Assembly (NCBI GenBank): GCA_965116475.1
Contig: OZ220691.1
Coordinates: 2,144,001-2,208,000, forward strand
Origin: Gemmatimonadota bacterium
Lineage (GTDB): Bacteria; Gemmatimonadota; Gemmatimonadetes; Palauibacterales; Palauibacteraceae
DNA: 64,000 nt
Reading direction: 5' to 3'
Shown: piece after piece, positions 8,719 to 18,421 of the stretch
How positions within the stretch are numbered: the first letter of the stretch is position 1
Layout of the letters: every line of letters starts with the position of its first letter
Program-made: the position numbers and the translations under genes
Notes under the pieces: generated by a model
Databases searched by the model: none
Told to the model about the DNA's origin: nothing
The model's input: the letters and a program-made list of their open reading frames with translations, nothing else

Positions 8719-9810
8719 ATGGCGCGTTCCGCGCAGATCCGGTCCAGATTCTGCCCAGGCGCGGCGGCGACGCTCCCCGTGGTGGCGACGCTCGCGGTGG
8801 TGGCGACGCTGCCACTGGTGGCGTGCGGCGCCCCCGGCCCCGGCGGTTCCGACCCGCCGGCGGACGCGGCCACCTGGGACGTTCGCTTTTCCCACGTGCT
8901 CTCGACCGGCTCGGAGTTCCACCTCATGGCGGAGCGCTTCCGCGATCTCATGCTTGAGCGCACGGACGGACGGTTCCGGGTCGTCATCTATCCCTCCGGG
9001 CAGCTCGGCGGCGAGCGCGTGGCCTTCGAGCAGATCCAGGTCGGCGCGGTGCACATGGCGATCACGGGCACGCCGGTGCTCTCGAGCTGGGTGCCGGAGA
9101 CGCAGGTGTTCGATCTCCCCTTCCTGTTCGAGACCCGGGACCACGGGCTCGCGGTGATGAACGGCCCGGCGGGGGACTGGTGGCGCGAACTTCTCCTTGA
9201 GCGCACCGGCGTCCGCTCGCTCGGGTTCCTCGACTACGGGTTCCGCCACGTCTACAACCGACGCCGGCCCGTGGAGACGCCCGGGGATCTCGCCGGCCTC
9301 AAGCTCCGGGTCCTCCAGAACGCGACGTACCTCGCCGCCTATTCCGCGCTGGGCGTGCAGGCGACCCCGATGAACTACGGCGAGGTCTACTCCGCGCTCC
9401 AGCAGGGCGTGATCGACGGCGGGGAGGCGAACGCGGTCGGCTTCGTGAGCAGCCGCCTCCACGAGGTGGCGAAGTTCTACAGCTTCACATCCATCACCTA
9501 CAATCCCATCACCCTTCTCGTGAACGAGCCGTTCTATCGGGGGCTTCCCGCCGAGATCCGGAGAACTGTCGACCGTTCCGCAGCCGAGGCGCTCGCCTAT
9601 CAGAGCGAGGTCGCGCGCCGGATGGAGGCGGAGGCCATCGAGGCGATGCGCCAGGCCGGCGTGGAGATCTCGCGCCCGGATCCGGCGCCGTTCGCCGCGG
9701 CCGTCGGAGCGCGCACCCGGGACGAACTGGCGAATCGGCTGCCGGATGGCGAAGCGCTGATCGCCAGGCTGGTCGCGGAGGCGGAGCGCGCGGCCGCCGA
9801 GGGCAGGTAG
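8719..9810 (+). CDS. dctP: TRAP transporter substrate-binding protein (probable lipoprotein)
   Basis: YPSGQLG, FDLPFLF, GFRH, DLAGLKLRV, EVYSALQQGVIDG. Confidence 0.93.
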   Translation: MARSAQIRSRFCPGAAATLPVVATLAVVATLPLVACGAPGPGGSDPPADAATWDVRFSHVLSTGSEFHLMAERFRDLMLERTDGRFRVVIYPSGQLGGERVAFEQIQVGAVHMAITGTPVLSSWVPETQVFDLPFLFETRDHGLAVMNGPAGDWWRELLLERTGVRSLGFLDYGFRHVYNRRRPVETPGDLAGLKLRVLQNATYLAAYSALGVQATPMNYGEVYSALQQGVIDGGEANAVGFVSSRLHEVAKFYSFTSITYNPITLLVNEPFYRGLPAEIRRTVDRSAAEALAYQSEVARRMEAEAIEAMRQAGVEISRPDPAPFAAAVGARTRDELANRLPDGEALIARLVAEAERAAAEGR

Positions 9811-9836
9811 GCTTCCCGGCCGCCATCAGGAGCGTG

Positions 9837-10991
9837 TCACACCAATAGGTCCTGCCAGAGTTGCCGGGCGAACTCTTCAGCGGGAAGGATGTCGATGCCA
9901 TCGGACGTCCGCCGGGCGCGAGCTTCCAGGCAAACGATGACTCGGCGCCCGATCGAGGGGTGGTCGCGAATGACGCTGCGGAGTCCGCGGAGATGGCGCG
10001 AGCCGATGTTGGCGCTCGCCTTGGCCTCGACCGCCACCTGCATATCACCGACCACGAAGTCGACTTCGGTCCCGCCCGCCAGCCGCCAGTAAGAAAGCTC
10101 GCCATCGAGTTCCCGGTAGCTGAGCCAGGCGGACAACTCGTGGCACACCCAGTTCTCGAAGGCCTTCCCGTACAACTCCGAGCCGGGAGCCACGGAACCG
10201 CGCCGCGCGAGCCGGTTCACGATCCCCACGTCCGCAAAATAGAACTTCGGCGCCTGGATGACCCGCCGCTTTGGGCGCGCGCGATAGGACGGGACCCAGC
10301 GAGCCAGCAGCATGTCCACCAGGACCTGGAAGTAGTTCTTCACCGTTTGCAGCGCGACGCCGCATTCGGCGGCGACGTTCGAGAGGTTGACGATCTCTCC
10401 GTCGCTCAACGAAGCCGCGTCCAGAAAGCGTGAGAAGGCGGGGAGTTGCCGGACAACCCCCTCCGCCGCGACCTCCTGGACGAGGTAGTCGTTGATGTAG
10501 GCGTCCAGGAGACGGCTGGGGCGGGAGGCCTGGTAGATGCGAGGGAGATACCCCGTGTTGAGCAGACGGGTCAGGTCGAAGTCTTCACCGAGCTCGACCG
10601 CGGTGATCCCGAGCAACTCGTAGCGGACGGCCCGCCCCCCGAGGAGATTGGCGGCGCCCCGCTTCACCTTGGTCGCGCTCGATCCGCACAGCGCGAAGCT
10701 GACGCCGCGGTTCTCCATGAGCCAATGGACCTCGTCCAGGAGCGCGGGAACCTTCTGGACTTCGTCGATGACGATCTGGCGGTTCCGGCGATTCCCCTCC
10801 GCTTCGATTTCCTCGCGCAGGAATTCCGGGTTCGTCAGGTAGCGGCGGAACTCGTCGCTCTTCAGCAGGTCGACCCAACGGCCGTCCGGATAGTGCTGCC
10901 GCAAGAGCGTGCTCTTGCCGGCCTGGCGTGGCCCCCACAAGAAGAAAGTCTCCGTGCCGGCGTCCGGCAGGCGCAGTGATCGTTTGAACAT
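9837..10991 (-). CDS. AAA_14 ATPase with DUF4143 / C-terminal PD-(D/E)xK-like domain
   Basis: GPRQAGKS, IDEVQK, LCGSS, PKFYFADVG, FEN, EVDFVV...VEAK. Confidence 0.9.
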   Translation of the reverse strand: MFKRSLRLPDAGTETFFLWGPRQAGKSTLLRQHYPDGRWVDLLKSDEFRRYLTNPEFLREEIEAEGNRRNRQIVIDEVQKVPALLDEVHWLMENRGVSFALCGSSATKVKRGAANLLGGRAVRYELLGITAVELGEDFDLTRLLNTGYLPRIYQASRPSRLLDAYINDYLVQEVAAEGVVRQLPAFSRFLDAASLSDGEIVNLSNVAAECGVALQTVKNYFQVLVDMLLARWVPSYRARPKRRVIQAPKFYFADVGIVNRLARRGSVAPGSELYGKAFENWVCHELSAWLSYRELDGELSYWRLAGGTEVDFVVGDMQVAVEAKASANIGSRHLRGLRSVIRDHPSIGRRVIVCLEARARRTSDGIDILPAEEFARQLWQDLLV

Positions 10992-10995
10992 AGCT

Positions 10996-11019
10996 TGCAA
11001 TTTATCATGATAATTTGCA
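10996..11019. promoter_or_regulatory. Palindromic operator upstream of the ATPase
   Basis: TGCAATTTATCATGATAATTTGCA, near-perfect 24-bp palindrome 4 bp from the ATG. Confidence 0.7.
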
Positions 11020-11095
11020 GTAGCAATGCACGTTGTCAGAGATCTTCCGGTCGCCGGGGGTTACGTATCGGGCCGGATCGCAGGTAGTGTAGAGA

Positions 11096-11569
11096 ATGAA
11101 GCGGAGGCTGCGGGCGCTCGACCGGGTGCTGGTCACGCTGGAGACGTACGCCGTCGGCGTCCTGCTGATCGCGGTCTGCGACGTGGTCCTTCTGCAGGTC
11201 CTGATGCGCTACCTCTTCGCCTATCCGAATCCGTGGAGCGAGGAGGTTTCGCGCTTCTGCTTCATCTGGGTGTCGCTGCTCGGGGCCTCGCTGGCCGTGG
11301 CGCATCGGTCTCACTTCCGGTTCGACCAGGTCACGGGGCGGCTGCCTCCGCGCGCGAGGAAGGCGGTGGAGACGTCCGCGGCGGCGGTCGTCCTGCTGTT
11401 CGCATTCGTCCTCATCGGCACGGGCATCGCCCTCATGGACCTCACCATGGGAGAGCGCTCCGCCGCGCTGAACCTGCCTGTCGCGCTCGTCTATGCCGCG
11501 GCGCCGGTGTCCGGCGTGCTGATGGCGATCCACATGCTTGCGGGTCCGACGGCCGAGGGCGGCGGTTGA
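11096..11569 (+). CDS. dctQ: TRAP transporter small permease
   Basis: QVLMRY...WSEEVSRFCFIW...GA...H; 4 TM segments. Confidence 0.92.
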   Translation: MKRRLRALDRVLVTLETYAVGVLLIAVCDVVLLQVLMRYLFAYPNPWSEEVSRFCFIWVSLLGASLAVAHRSHFRFDQVTGRLPPRARKAVETSAAAVVLLFAFVLIGTGIALMDLTMGERSAALNLPVALVYAAAPVSGVLMAIHMLAGPTAEGGG

Positions 11570-12843
11570 TGGGCGGGCTCCTCCTCGGCGCTTTCGGCTT
11601 GCTCGTGCTGGCAGCGGTGCCGATCGGTTTCGCACTCGCGCTCGCGGCCGTCCTCGCGATCATCGTGGCGGATCTCCCGCTCGTCGTCATCCCGCAGCAG
11701 ATCGTCGCGGGGATGGACTCCTTCCCCATGCTCGCGGTGCCCCTGTTCATCCTCGCCGGCTACCTGATGGATGTCGGAGGGATCAGCCGCCGCCTGGTGA
11801 CGCTGGCCCGCGCGCTCGTGGGCCACCTCCCCGGAGGACTCGGGCAGGTGGTCGTCATGGCCGAGGTGTTCTTCTCGGGCGTGTCGGGCTCGACGTCCGC
11901 GGACGCGGCCGCCGTCGGCGGCATCATGGTGCCGCAGCTGACCGCGAACGGGTACGGCCGGGCGCGCGCCACCGCGATCGTCTCGGCCGCGTGCGGCATG
12001 GGGATCCTCATTCCGCCCGCCATCGTGATGGTCGTCTACGGCGTCATCGGGAACGTCTCCATCGGCGCCCTGTTCGTCGCCTCGATCGTCCCCGCGCTCC
12101 TCATCGCGGCGGGCCTGATGACGCAGATCGGGTGGCAGGCGCGAAGGGAAGGGTGGCCGCGCGGGGAGCGCGCCTCGCTCGCGGAACTCCGCCGCGCGAC
12201 GCTCGACGCCGTGCTCCCGCTCTTCATGATCGTCGTCATCCTGGGGGGCATCCGCTTCGGACTCTTCACCCCCACGGAAGCCGCCGCGGTCGCCGTCGCC
12301 TACGCTCTGCTCCTGGCCGGACTGGTGTACCGATCCCTCACCGTCGCGGAGCTATGGAGCAAGGTCGTCCAGACGGCCGTGGTGTCGGGGATGGTGCTGT
12401 TCGTCGTCGGCGCCGCGCACCTGCTGGGCTGGGTCCTCGCCGTCCTGCAGGTGCCCCAGACGCTGGCGGCATCGGTAGCGGGGATCGGCGGCGGCCCGAT
12501 CGGCTTCATGCTCCTCACGATTCTCATCTTCCTTCCGCTCGGCGCCATCCTCGAGGGCGTGCCCGCGGTCGTCCTGCTGACGCCGATCCTCCTGCCCCTC
12601 GCGACGCAGCTCGGGATCGACCCCGTGCACTACGGCGCCGTGATCGTCGCCACGCAGGGAATCTCGGTGTTCCTGCCACCCGTGGGCGTGAGCCTGCTCG
12701 TCGCCTGCTCCGTGGGAGGTGTCCAGCCGGCCGAGGTCGCGCGCCCGCTCTGGCCCTACCTCGCGCTCATGCTGGCGCTCACAATCGCCATCGCCTTCCT
12801 CCCCGACGTCGTACTCTTCCTGCCGGAACTGCTCGGGTACTGA
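11569..12843 (+). CDS. dctM: TRAP transporter large permease
   Basis: SFPMLAVPLFILAG, SGSTSADAAA, GILIPP, FTPTEAA. Confidence 0.94.
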   Translation: MGGLLLGAFGLLVLAAVPIGFALALAAVLAIIVADLPLVVIPQQIVAGMDSFPMLAVPLFILAGYLMDVGGISRRLVTLARALVGHLPGGLGQVVVMAEVFFSGVSGSTSADAAAVGGIMVPQLTANGYGRARATAIVSAACGMGILIPPAIVMVVYGVIGNVSIGALFVASIVPALLIAAGLMTQIGWQARREGWPRGERASLAELRRATLDAVLPLFMIVVILGGIRFGLFTPTEAAAVAVAYALLLAGLVYRSLTVAELWSKVVQTAVVSGMVLFVVGAAHLLGWVLAVLQVPQTLAASVAGIGGGPIGFMLLTILIFLPLGAILEGVPAVVLLTPILLPLATQLGIDPVHYGAVIVATQGISVFLPPVGVSLLVACSVGGVQPAEVARPLWPYLALMLALTIAIAFLPDVVLFLPELLGY

Positions 12844-12895
12844 AGGGTCGGAGCCACGCATGGTTTCGCGAACGACATGACGATGGGACCTAAAA

Positions 12896-13441
12896 ATGGA
12901 GACACGGGAGTTTGAGATCGGGACGGAGCGGTTGCTGCTGCGGCCGCACAGGCGGGAAGATGTGGACGACATCTTCGAGTTCGCGCGCGATCCGGAGTGG
13001 GGCCGATACCTGACGGCGCCGATGCCCTACCTCAGGGAACACGCGGTGGAGTTCGTGGAGGACCGGATCCGCACGCCGCGGGACCTGTGGCCGGTGTGGG
13101 CGATGGAGTTGGAGGGGAAGGTCGTCGGGGGCATCGGCATCGAGATCGACGTCGAACATGCGACGGGGGCCCTGGGCTACTCGCTCGCGAGGGCGCATTG
13201 GGGCCGGGGCCTGACCGTGGAGGCGGCCCGCGCCGTCGTCGACTGGGCGTTCCGCGAGCGCGGGCTCGCGAAGGTGTACGCGTACGCCGATGCGCGGAAC
13301 ACGGCGTCTCTGAGGGTGATGGAAAAGCTGGGCATGACCCGGGAGGGGCTGCTGCGCGGCCACCGGATGCTGCGGGACGAGCGCGTCGACGAAGTGCACT
13401 ACGGACTCCTCAGGGAAGAGTGGGAGAGGAGCGTCCGCTAA
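12896..13441 (+). CDS. GNAT acetyltransferase, RimJ/RimL family
   Basis: TERLLLRP...LGYSL...WGRGLTVEA...N.ASLRVMEKLGM..EG. Confidence 0.92.
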   Translation: METREFEIGTERLLLRPHRREDVDDIFEFARDPEWGRYLTAPMPYLREHAVEFVEDRIRTPRDLWPVWAMELEGKVVGGIGIEIDVEHATGALGYSLARAHWGRGLTVEAARAVVDWAFRERGLAKVYAYADARNTASLRVMEKLGMTREGLLRGHRMLRDERVDEVHYGLLREEWERSVR

Positions 13442-13448
13442 GGCTCGT

Positions 13449-14315
13449 TCACTCCGACGCGCGCATATCGCCCAGCCCCGTGGCTAGCCGTTCCACGTAT
13501 TCTACTACTGGGTCCCACACTTCCTCGAACTCCCGCTCAGCACCCGGAGGGAGCAGGTGAGCCAGGTTGCGCTGCCAGTCAGCGTGGAACTCGCCCTTGC
13601 GTTCCAGAAGACGGCCCGGGTCGACAACCTCCAATTCGACTTTTCTCGCCTGCAGTTTCCGGGGGAGGTTGACTCGTACCTTCCGCTCATCCACGTGCTC
13701 CAGGAGCGAGAAGATGTCGTACACATCTCTCGATACGGCGTGAAGCCGTTGGCCGAGGACGGCTCGGACCTTCTCGGACATGACCTCTTCCAGGGCATAA
13801 CACGTCAACTGGGGCCGCCCCAGATCGTCGGCGTCGGAGAAAGGATGGAATAGCGAGCGCGACACGGGGCTGAACGTCAGCACTTCGTTCCGCGTGATGT
13901 CGAGGCGAAGGCCGGGTGGAGATCCACCCGAAGCATGGGGTCCGCGCCAGTAGAGCGTGAACTTGAGACTCTCGCGCCCGTACTCGTCGTCAATGACTCT
14001 CAGCCTCGGTGCCCGGGCCGCGAAGTCGATGCCGCTGGCCCCCTGAGCCGCTGCGAATGCCTCGCCGACCGATTTCTCAAACTCCTCCCAACCAAACCAC
14101 TGGGTTGCTGTGAAGTCGAGGTCTTCCGAGAACCGGTAGTGTGGGAAGTAGCACTTCCGCAGGCAGGTCCCACCCTTGAAGACCAGCCGCCTGGCCAGGA
14201 AAGGGTGTCCCGCGAGACCTCGGAGGGCCCATCCGAGCGCGTAATCCAACTCCACGATGCGAGGCTCGACACCCGCCGTTGCCGCGCGTCGGCGGATCTC
14301 CGCGTCCTGAATCAT
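13449..14315 (-). CDS. abiEii: AbiEii/AbiGii nucleotidyltransferase toxin (type IV TA)
   Basis: ELDY, FKGGTCLRKCYF..YRFSEDLDF, EKVRA, RDVYD. Confidence 0.92.
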   Translation of the reverse strand: MIQDAEIRRRAATAGVEPRIVELDYALGWALRGLAGHPFLARRLVFKGGTCLRKCYFPHYRFSEDLDFTATQWFGWEEFEKSVGEAFAAAQGASGIDFAARAPRLRVIDDEYGRESLKFTLYWRGPHASGGSPPGLRLDITRNEVLTFSPVSRSLFHPFSDADDLGRPQLTCYALEEVMSEKVRAVLGQRLHAVSRDVYDIFSLLEHVDERKVRVNLPRKLQARKVELEVVDPGRLLERKGEFHADWQRNLAHLLPPGAEREFEEVWDPVVEYVERLATGLGDMRASE

Positions 14316-15139
14316 GGCTGCTCGCGGAGCCCTTCCTCCGGGAGATTGATTTCGACGCGCCAGCGAGTGACGATCCGATGGGGCTTCCGTGGAGTGGACG
14401 GATCGAGTCTGCTGATGCCAGCCGTGAGAAGATCCAACCATTCGTGCAGCATCGCCCGCTTCGGAGCATGGGTTAGCTCAACGCTCTCGACCAGAAACCC
14501 GAGCCGCTTCACGACCGCGCCGGAACCAAAGCGGCGCAGGTAATTCGTCATGCGGTCCCACTTGAAGTCGCCATCTCCTGCGAGTAGTGCCTCCGTGACC
14601 TGGGCCACTCCTCCGCTTAGCTCGGGCCTGTCGAGGCAATCGATGATCGTTTTTTCCCGATCCGTGACCTTGACTTGGGATTCTCCGGCACGGTATGCGT
14701 GGCAACCGAAGAACTTCCGAGGCTTCACCCGGACGATCCGAAACCGCATCCCGAGAACCTGCAGGGTGCGGCGCTCCTTGCGGGCGGTCGTCTGCACGTA
14801 CGTAACGCGGGGGATCTGGTCGGTGAGGTTCCAGTAGTTGAGGGCAGACCAGTAGCTGACCATGGCGTGACTCACCAGGTGTCCGGCAACGACGTGGGCG
14901 TCCTCGGTCCAGGTGCGGTCGGGGCCGGCTTCGAGTGGAACGATGAGGTACTTCCCCTTCTCAAGGCGTTCCAGCCAGCCCTTGTCGACGAGTCGTGCCA
15001 GCGCATCCCTGGTCGCCCTGCCTTCGCCAAGCACATCGTACGCATCCTTTGTTGCGAAGATCTGCTTCCCGCTCGCGGCCAAGGTGGTGAGAAATGACGC
15101 TTCGGCGTCGCTGAGGCTTATTGTATTACGATACGCCAT
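14312..15139 (-). CDS. abiEi: AbiEi family antitoxin / transcriptional regulator
   Basis: N-terminal wHTH (RLVDKGWLERLEKGKY), SYWSALNYWNLTDQIP, TDREKTIIDC; ATGA overlap with the toxin. Confidence 0.9.
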   Translation of the reverse strand: MAYRNTISLSDAEASFLTTLAASGKQIFATKDAYDVLGEGRATRDALARLVDKGWLERLEKGKYLIVPLEAGPDRTWTEDAHVVAGHLVSHAMVSYWSALNYWNLTDQIPRVTYVQTTARKERRTLQVLGMRFRIVRVKPRKFFGCHAYRAGESQVKVTDREKTIIDCLDRPELSGGVAQVTEALLAGDGDFKWDRMTNYLRRFGSGAVVKRLGFLVESVELTHAPKRAMLHEWLDLLTAGISRLDPSTPRKPHRIVTRWRVEINLPEEGLREQP

Positions 15140-15150
15140 TACCGCTCCCA

Positions 15151-15169
15151 GATACGTCAATCACGTATC
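15151..15169. promoter_or_regulatory. Probable AbiEi operator
   Basis: GATACGT-N5-ACGTATC inverted repeat just upstream of the RBS. Confidence 0.6.
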
Positions 15170-15249
15170 GAAATATAATCGACGCGAATGGATTCCGCTA
15201 ACGCGGATTCCTGTACGGGGGATGGCTCCGGACGCCGGCGTTGGGCCCG

Positions 15250-15966
15250 TCAGTACTTGATGTCGGTTCGGCCGACCGTCATTCCGATGTTGCCGACCCG
15301 CCGGCCCGTCGTGTAGTGCTCGCCGCTTCCGGCGGTCATCCCGAAGAAGTCCACGGCGGGCACGATGAGGCGGCCGGCGTCGTCGACCGCGCCCTCGATG
15401 GCGGTCGTCGCCACGACCTCCGCGAGGAAGATCTTCCGTTCGGGCGGCACCTCGAGCGAGTCGAAGATCCGGCACTCGCAGTGGATCGGGGATTCCTCCA
15501 CCGTGGGCGCATCCACGACCGTCGCCGCGCCGCGCGTCAGCCCCGAGAGTTCGAACTTGTCGGCCACGCGTCCGGAGTTCATGTCGACGGTGTCGAATGC
15601 CTCGACCATCGACGCGAGCGGCACGTTCAGCACGAACTCGTCGTGCATCTCCAGGAGTTCCCTCGCCTGGTGCTCGAAGGCCGCGCTCACGCCGATCTGG
15701 GGCGGGTCGCCGCTCACGACGAACGTCCACAGCACCGAGATCTCGTCCGGGTCGCCGGGTCGGCCATTCACGGTGAGCAGGATCGCCGGGACGGGCGGCA
15801 GCATCGGCCCCGGCTCCGCCAGCGAGCGGCGGGGCCCGGTGAGCGGCGCGGGCGGCCTACCCCCGCCCACCGGCAGCCCCTCGTCGGGTGCACAGCCCCA
15901 AACGGCGGCGACCGCGGCGGCCGCCGAGCCGCTCCCCAAAAACCGCCTCCTCGACCAGCCCGACAT
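15250..15966 (-). CDS. Flavin reductase-like FMN-binding protein with Tat/lipoprotein signal
   Basis: SRRRFL signal, VWGC; EFVLNVP, SGRVADKFELSGLT, ESPIHCEC, IFLAEVV. Confidence 0.85.
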   Translation of the reverse strand: MSGWSRRRFLGSGSAAAAVAAVWGCAPDEGLPVGGGRPPAPLTGPRRSLAEPGPMLPPVPAILLTVNGRPGDPDEISVLWTFVVSGDPPQIGVSAAFEHQARELLEMHDEFVLNVPLASMVEAFDTVDMNSGRVADKFELSGLTRGAATVVDAPTVEESPIHCECRIFDSLEVPPERKIFLAEVVATTAIEGAVDDAGRLIVPAVDFFGMTAGSGEHYTTGRRVGNIGMTVGRTDIKY

Positions 15967-15987
15967 GGATGACCTTTCTCTCGGCGT

Positions 15988-16701
15988 TCAGTAGCCCTCT
16001 TCGACGTTCAGATTGTGAATGATCTCTCCATCTCGCCAGAACGTCAGGCCGAGAAACGGCTCATCGTGGTATGGCATGGAGCCCTCAGGTCCCTTGCCAA
16101 GGAACATGAAGTCTCCCCCTTCGTTCAGGTAGACACCGACCATACCCTCATCGTACGCGATCAGGGAAACGGCCTCCCCACCGTCCGAATCGAGGCCCAA
16201 AGCGACGTAGTCGCTGTCCTCTCGGCTGAGCACGCCGAAACCGCCCCGTTCGAATCCGTAGCGATCATGGACCACCAGACCCGAAGACGGCGCGATGCGT
16301 TTGCCCACGTGCGGATCGGGCGTCTCTTCACCAAGGACAAGCCGATCAAAACCATCCTCGTTGAGGATCACGAGCCCGCTGGTCCCGTGGTTATAGTCCT
16401 GGTAGGAGTCCATATACTCATCGATGTCTGGATGTTGAGGCCCCCACAGCGCACGCAGTCGAGCCGTATCGGTGCGAACGCGGTTGGTCGCCTCGGGAAT
16501 TGGTGCGCCGAGGAGGATCCGTTCGCGTCCGGCCTCGTCCTCGATGATCAGCCCGCGCGCCCTCAGGACGCCCTCAGTCGCTGTTCCGCCCCTGACGAAC
16601 AGGATGACGAGTGCAACGCTGGCCAGGGCGGCGTAGGCCTGAAGCCAACGGATCGTGCGCCTCACCTGCTCCATTTCCGCTTTCACGAACAACTCCTTCA
16701 T
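15988..16701 (-). CDS. Hypothetical membrane-anchored beta-rich protein
   Basis: One N-terminal TM, ARGLIIEDEAGRERILLG; lower GC; start may be the second Met. Confidence 0.7.
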   Translation of the reverse strand: MKELFVKAEMEQVRRTIRWLQAYAALASVALVILFVRGGTATEGVLRARGLIIEDEAGRERILLGAPIPEATNRVRTDTARLRALWGPQHPDIDEYMDSYQDYNHGTSGLVILNEDGFDRLVLGEETPDPHVGKRIAPSSGLVVHDRYGFERGGFGVLSREDSDYVALGLDSDGGEAVSLIAYDEGMVGVYLNEGGDFMFLGKGPEGSMPYHDEPFLGLTFWRDGEIIHNLNVEEGY

Positions 16702-16825
16702 GCATGGGTTGACTCACATCGAGAGACTCGCTGAAGGCTGGACAACCGAGAGACGACAGGAGGTTGCAGCTTTCGCCGGTGCCGTTCATTGGCTTTCCGA
16801 ACCGACGGCCGCGTTCCCGGAGTGT

Positions 16826-17965
16826 TCAATAAATGCCGGGGATGATGCGGTATTTCACGCGCGCCTGGTACTCGGCCCACTTCTCGGGGCCGTATTTCTC
16901 GGCGCAGAACTTGTCGTCGAAGCGCTGCCGGAAAATGAACAGTCCGACGATGAAGACGAAGTAGGTCCAGGCCCAGGGGTTGGCGAAGTAGCCGAACACG
17001 AGGGCGATCGAGAGGGCGAAGCAGCCCTCGCCCATGTAGTTGAAGTGGCGCGCGACGCCCCACAGGCCGCTGCACAGGATCTTGCGGTCGCCGGCCTCGA
17101 TGTACTCGGGTGCGATGAGGCCGAGGAACTGGCGCTCGGGCCAGCGCTTGAAGGTGTACTTCTGCATGTTGGCGCCGCGCGTGATGCCCCACCCGACCAG
17201 GAACAGCGCCGGGGCGCCGATCAACCACACCTGCCTCCACGGCGCCGCGAAGCCGGGGTCCGGGTACACGGCCAGACCCCACAGCGGAAGGATGTAGAGC
17301 CACCCGTACACCAGGATCCCGCCCCAGATCATCTTGAAGCCGAGCTTCTCGTGGATCACGTCGTAGGTGTAGAGCTGGACGCGCTCGAAGACGAAGTAGT
17401 CGAAGACGTAGAAGGCGAGGAACGCGGCATAGAGGAAGACGCCGGGGTTGGAGTCCGCGCCGAAGAGTCCGTAGTGGTACGCGGCGCCGGAGAGCGCGTT
17501 CAGCGACAGCATGGTCCCGCCGACGACGTACAGGAACATCTTCACGTCGAAGCGGTCGCCGAAGAACGACATCTCGAGGACGCGCCCTTCCCACAAAGCG
17601 GCGAGCGGCCGCCCCACCTTGCCGCGCGACCCGCCGAACACGGCGAGGAGGGCGAAAACGAGACAGAGGACGGTGCCGCCGGCGACCTGGTAGACGGTGG
17701 ACCGGTAGAACCAGTCCCGCGGCATGCCGGTCAGTTCGAGCGCCCACACGAGTTCCGCGAGCACGAACACGAGGAGGCCGTTCAGCCGGTAACTGCGGGG
17801 TTCGCCGGTCTCCGCGTCGACGACGTAGCCGGGCACCCGACGACCCGGCAGGACGAGTTGTACCACGAAGAATGCGGCGCAGATCGCCAGCGGCGTGAGG
17901 AAGCCGGCCAGCGCTTCGGTCCCGGACAGCTCGAACAGGTGGCCGATGCCGAGCCATTCAATCAT
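16826..17965 (-). CDS. ERG4/ERG24/DHCR7-family sterol reductase
   Basis: YRLNG, DVIHEKLGF, SGLWGVARHFNYMGE, CAEKYG..W.EY...VKYRIIPGIY. Confidence 0.9.
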   Translation of the reverse strand: MIEWLGIGHLFELSGTEALAGFLTPLAICAAFFVVQLVLPGRRVPGYVVDAETGEPRSYRLNGLLVFVLAELVWALELTGMPRDWFYRSTVYQVAGGTVLCLVFALLAVFGGSRGKVGRPLAALWEGRVLEMSFFGDRFDVKMFLYVVGGTMLSLNALSGAAYHYGLFGADSNPGVFLYAAFLAFYVFDYFVFERVQLYTYDVIHEKLGFKMIWGGILVYGWLYILPLWGLAVYPDPGFAAPWRQVWLIGAPALFLVGWGITRGANMQKYTFKRWPERQFLGLIAPEYIEAGDRKILCSGLWGVARHFNYMGEGCFALSIALVFGYFANPWAWTYFVFIVGLFIFRQRFDDKFCAEKYGPEKWAEYQARVKYRIIPGIY

Positions 17966-18417
17966 CGAAAAAGATCCTCTCCGGGGTGCGCGGCCGCCTG
18001 CCTGAGCCAGCTCACGAGGAGGCCCTCGTCCGGCTCGTCGCCTTCGTGGATGTGGAAGTAACGCACATGCTCGTGCTTCGAGTCCACCGGCGGCACGGGT
18101 CTGAGCGAGGCGCCATTGAGGAAGGTCACCTTGATGTACCGCGTGAAACAATGGAACGAGAGGAACCAGCCCTGGTCCTCGATGCCGTAGAAGGGAGAGT
18201 TCCACCGGACAGCCTTGCGCGCGCCGGGCACGACGCGCTCGACCAGCCCGTCGAGGTAGCGGCCGACCCCACGTTTCCAGCCCGGCATGGCCGCGATGTA
18301 GGCCTGGACGGGCGCGTCTCCATCCCCCTTCGGAATCCGGGGATTGCCTCCGGAGAGGAGTCTCGGTTTCGCGGCCGCGGCGCCGGCGGCGCCCTCCGGT
18401 GCGTTCTCCGGGATCAG
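17962..18417 (-). CDS. DUF1801 (YdhG-like) domain protein
   Basis: LLSGGNPRIPKGDGDAPVQAYIAAMPGWKR...KAVRWNSPFYG; the conserved part extends 5' of ATG 18288, implying a CTG start. Confidence 0.8.
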   Translation of the reverse strand: MIPENAPEGAAGAAAAKPRLLSGGNPRIPKGDGDAPVQAYIAAMPGWKRGVGRYLDGLVERVVPGARKAVRWNSPFYGIEDQGWFLSFHCFTRYIKVTFLNGASLRPVPPVDSKHEHVRYFHIHEGDEPDEGLLVSWLRQAAAHPGEDLFR

Positions 18418-18421
18418 GCGC

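Larger units (their letters stand above)
9803..11087. mobile_element. Putative inserted cassette (AAA+DUF4143 gene) flanked by the 8-bp direct repeat GCAGGTAG
   Basis: GCAGGTAG at 9803-9810 (end of dctP including its stop) and at 11080-11087; splits dctP from dctQM. Confidence 0.6.
13434..15201. mobile_element. Putative inserted cassette (AbiEi/AbiEii) flanked by the 8-bp direct repeat TCCGCTAA
   Basis: TCCGCTAA at 13434-13441 (end of the GNAT gene including its stop) and at 15194-15201; lower-GC interior. Confidence 0.55.
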
